Shown here one piece after another: positions 63,522 to 64,000 of a DNA stretch of 64,000 nucleotides. Positions within the stretch are counted from its first letter, which is position 1; each line of letters starts with the position of its first letter. The position numbers and the translations under genes are program-made. Where the stretch lies: the NCBI GenBank assembly GCA_964247055.1, contig OZ176056.1, positions 3,038,001 through 3,102,000 of the forward strand. Direction: 5' to 3'. The notes below the pieces were generated by a model. It did no database searches. It was not told the origin of the DNA and saw only the letters and a list, made by a program, of their open reading frames with translations. The DNA comes from Paragordius varius. Taxonomy: Eukaryota > Animalia > Nematomorpha.

Positions 63522-64000
63522 TTTCCCATAACAAAAAACAAAGAAAAACAAATATAAAATTTAATAAATTATTTTATAAATCATAATCAATGATAACGCT
63601 TGTTTCTGCACGGACAAATCTTGTAATTTGTAGATGAGATTATTGACTTTAATGATTTGTTTCTATATCTCCAAGGTATCCAATAAAAGTCGGGAATGCG
63701 CAAGATATAAAAATATGTATGAATCTAATGGATAAATGTTTATAATATTTAGTAAAATAATTACAAGTAAAAGAAAAAATAATTAGATAAAAAATGTGGG
63801 AATTTCCCAATCTTACTATGGTTAGTCCTCAATATTGTAAGTATATAATTTAAATTAAATAATGTCAATAAATTAATTATCAAATAATAGTAAACCAATT
63901 TTAGCATAACTTTAAGATCGTTTTTTCAAGTTCGCGCCCCCTAGATTTTTCTACTCCCTCAGGAATTGTCGCCATCTCCATTTAGTAACTACTAAATCTA

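Overview
Very AT-rich (roughly one-quarter G+C by eye) eukaryotic, almost certainly animal, genomic DNA. It is gene-sparse and dominated by transposon remnants. The species cannot be fixed from the sequence alone. Five host genes can be modelled by hand. (1) An orphan tail-anchored protein, 3069-3767 (-), 4 exons. (2) An intronless divergent 7TM/GPCR-like gene, 9988-11154 (+). (3) Prefoldin subunit 6, 27755-28175 (+), 3 exons. (4) A 10-exon, enlarged NELF-E, 29084-33575 (-), lying tail-to-tail with PFDN6. (5) A small secreted protein, 40599-41003 (+). The ORF track misses most of this because the genes are cut by extremely short GT-AG introns: seven coding introns of 22-27 nt, alongside 84-780 nt introns. 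The rest is a layered mobilome: a decayed Ty3/Gypsy element, an RTE LINE 3' end, a mariner remnant, a hAT element with a nested inverted older copy, three Chapaev3/CMC-like non-autonomous elements, many TTAA-specific piggyBac-like MITEs, a mini-Helitron family with a head-to-tail array, and smaller MITEs. Several insertions have empty paralogous sites inside the window. The most interesting points are the tiny-intron architecture, the PFDN6-NELFE adjacency (both are human MHC-region genes), the NELF-E RRM split by large insertions, and three orphan or divergent proteins. No tRNA, rRNA or CRISPR array was found. All alignments and translations were done by eye.
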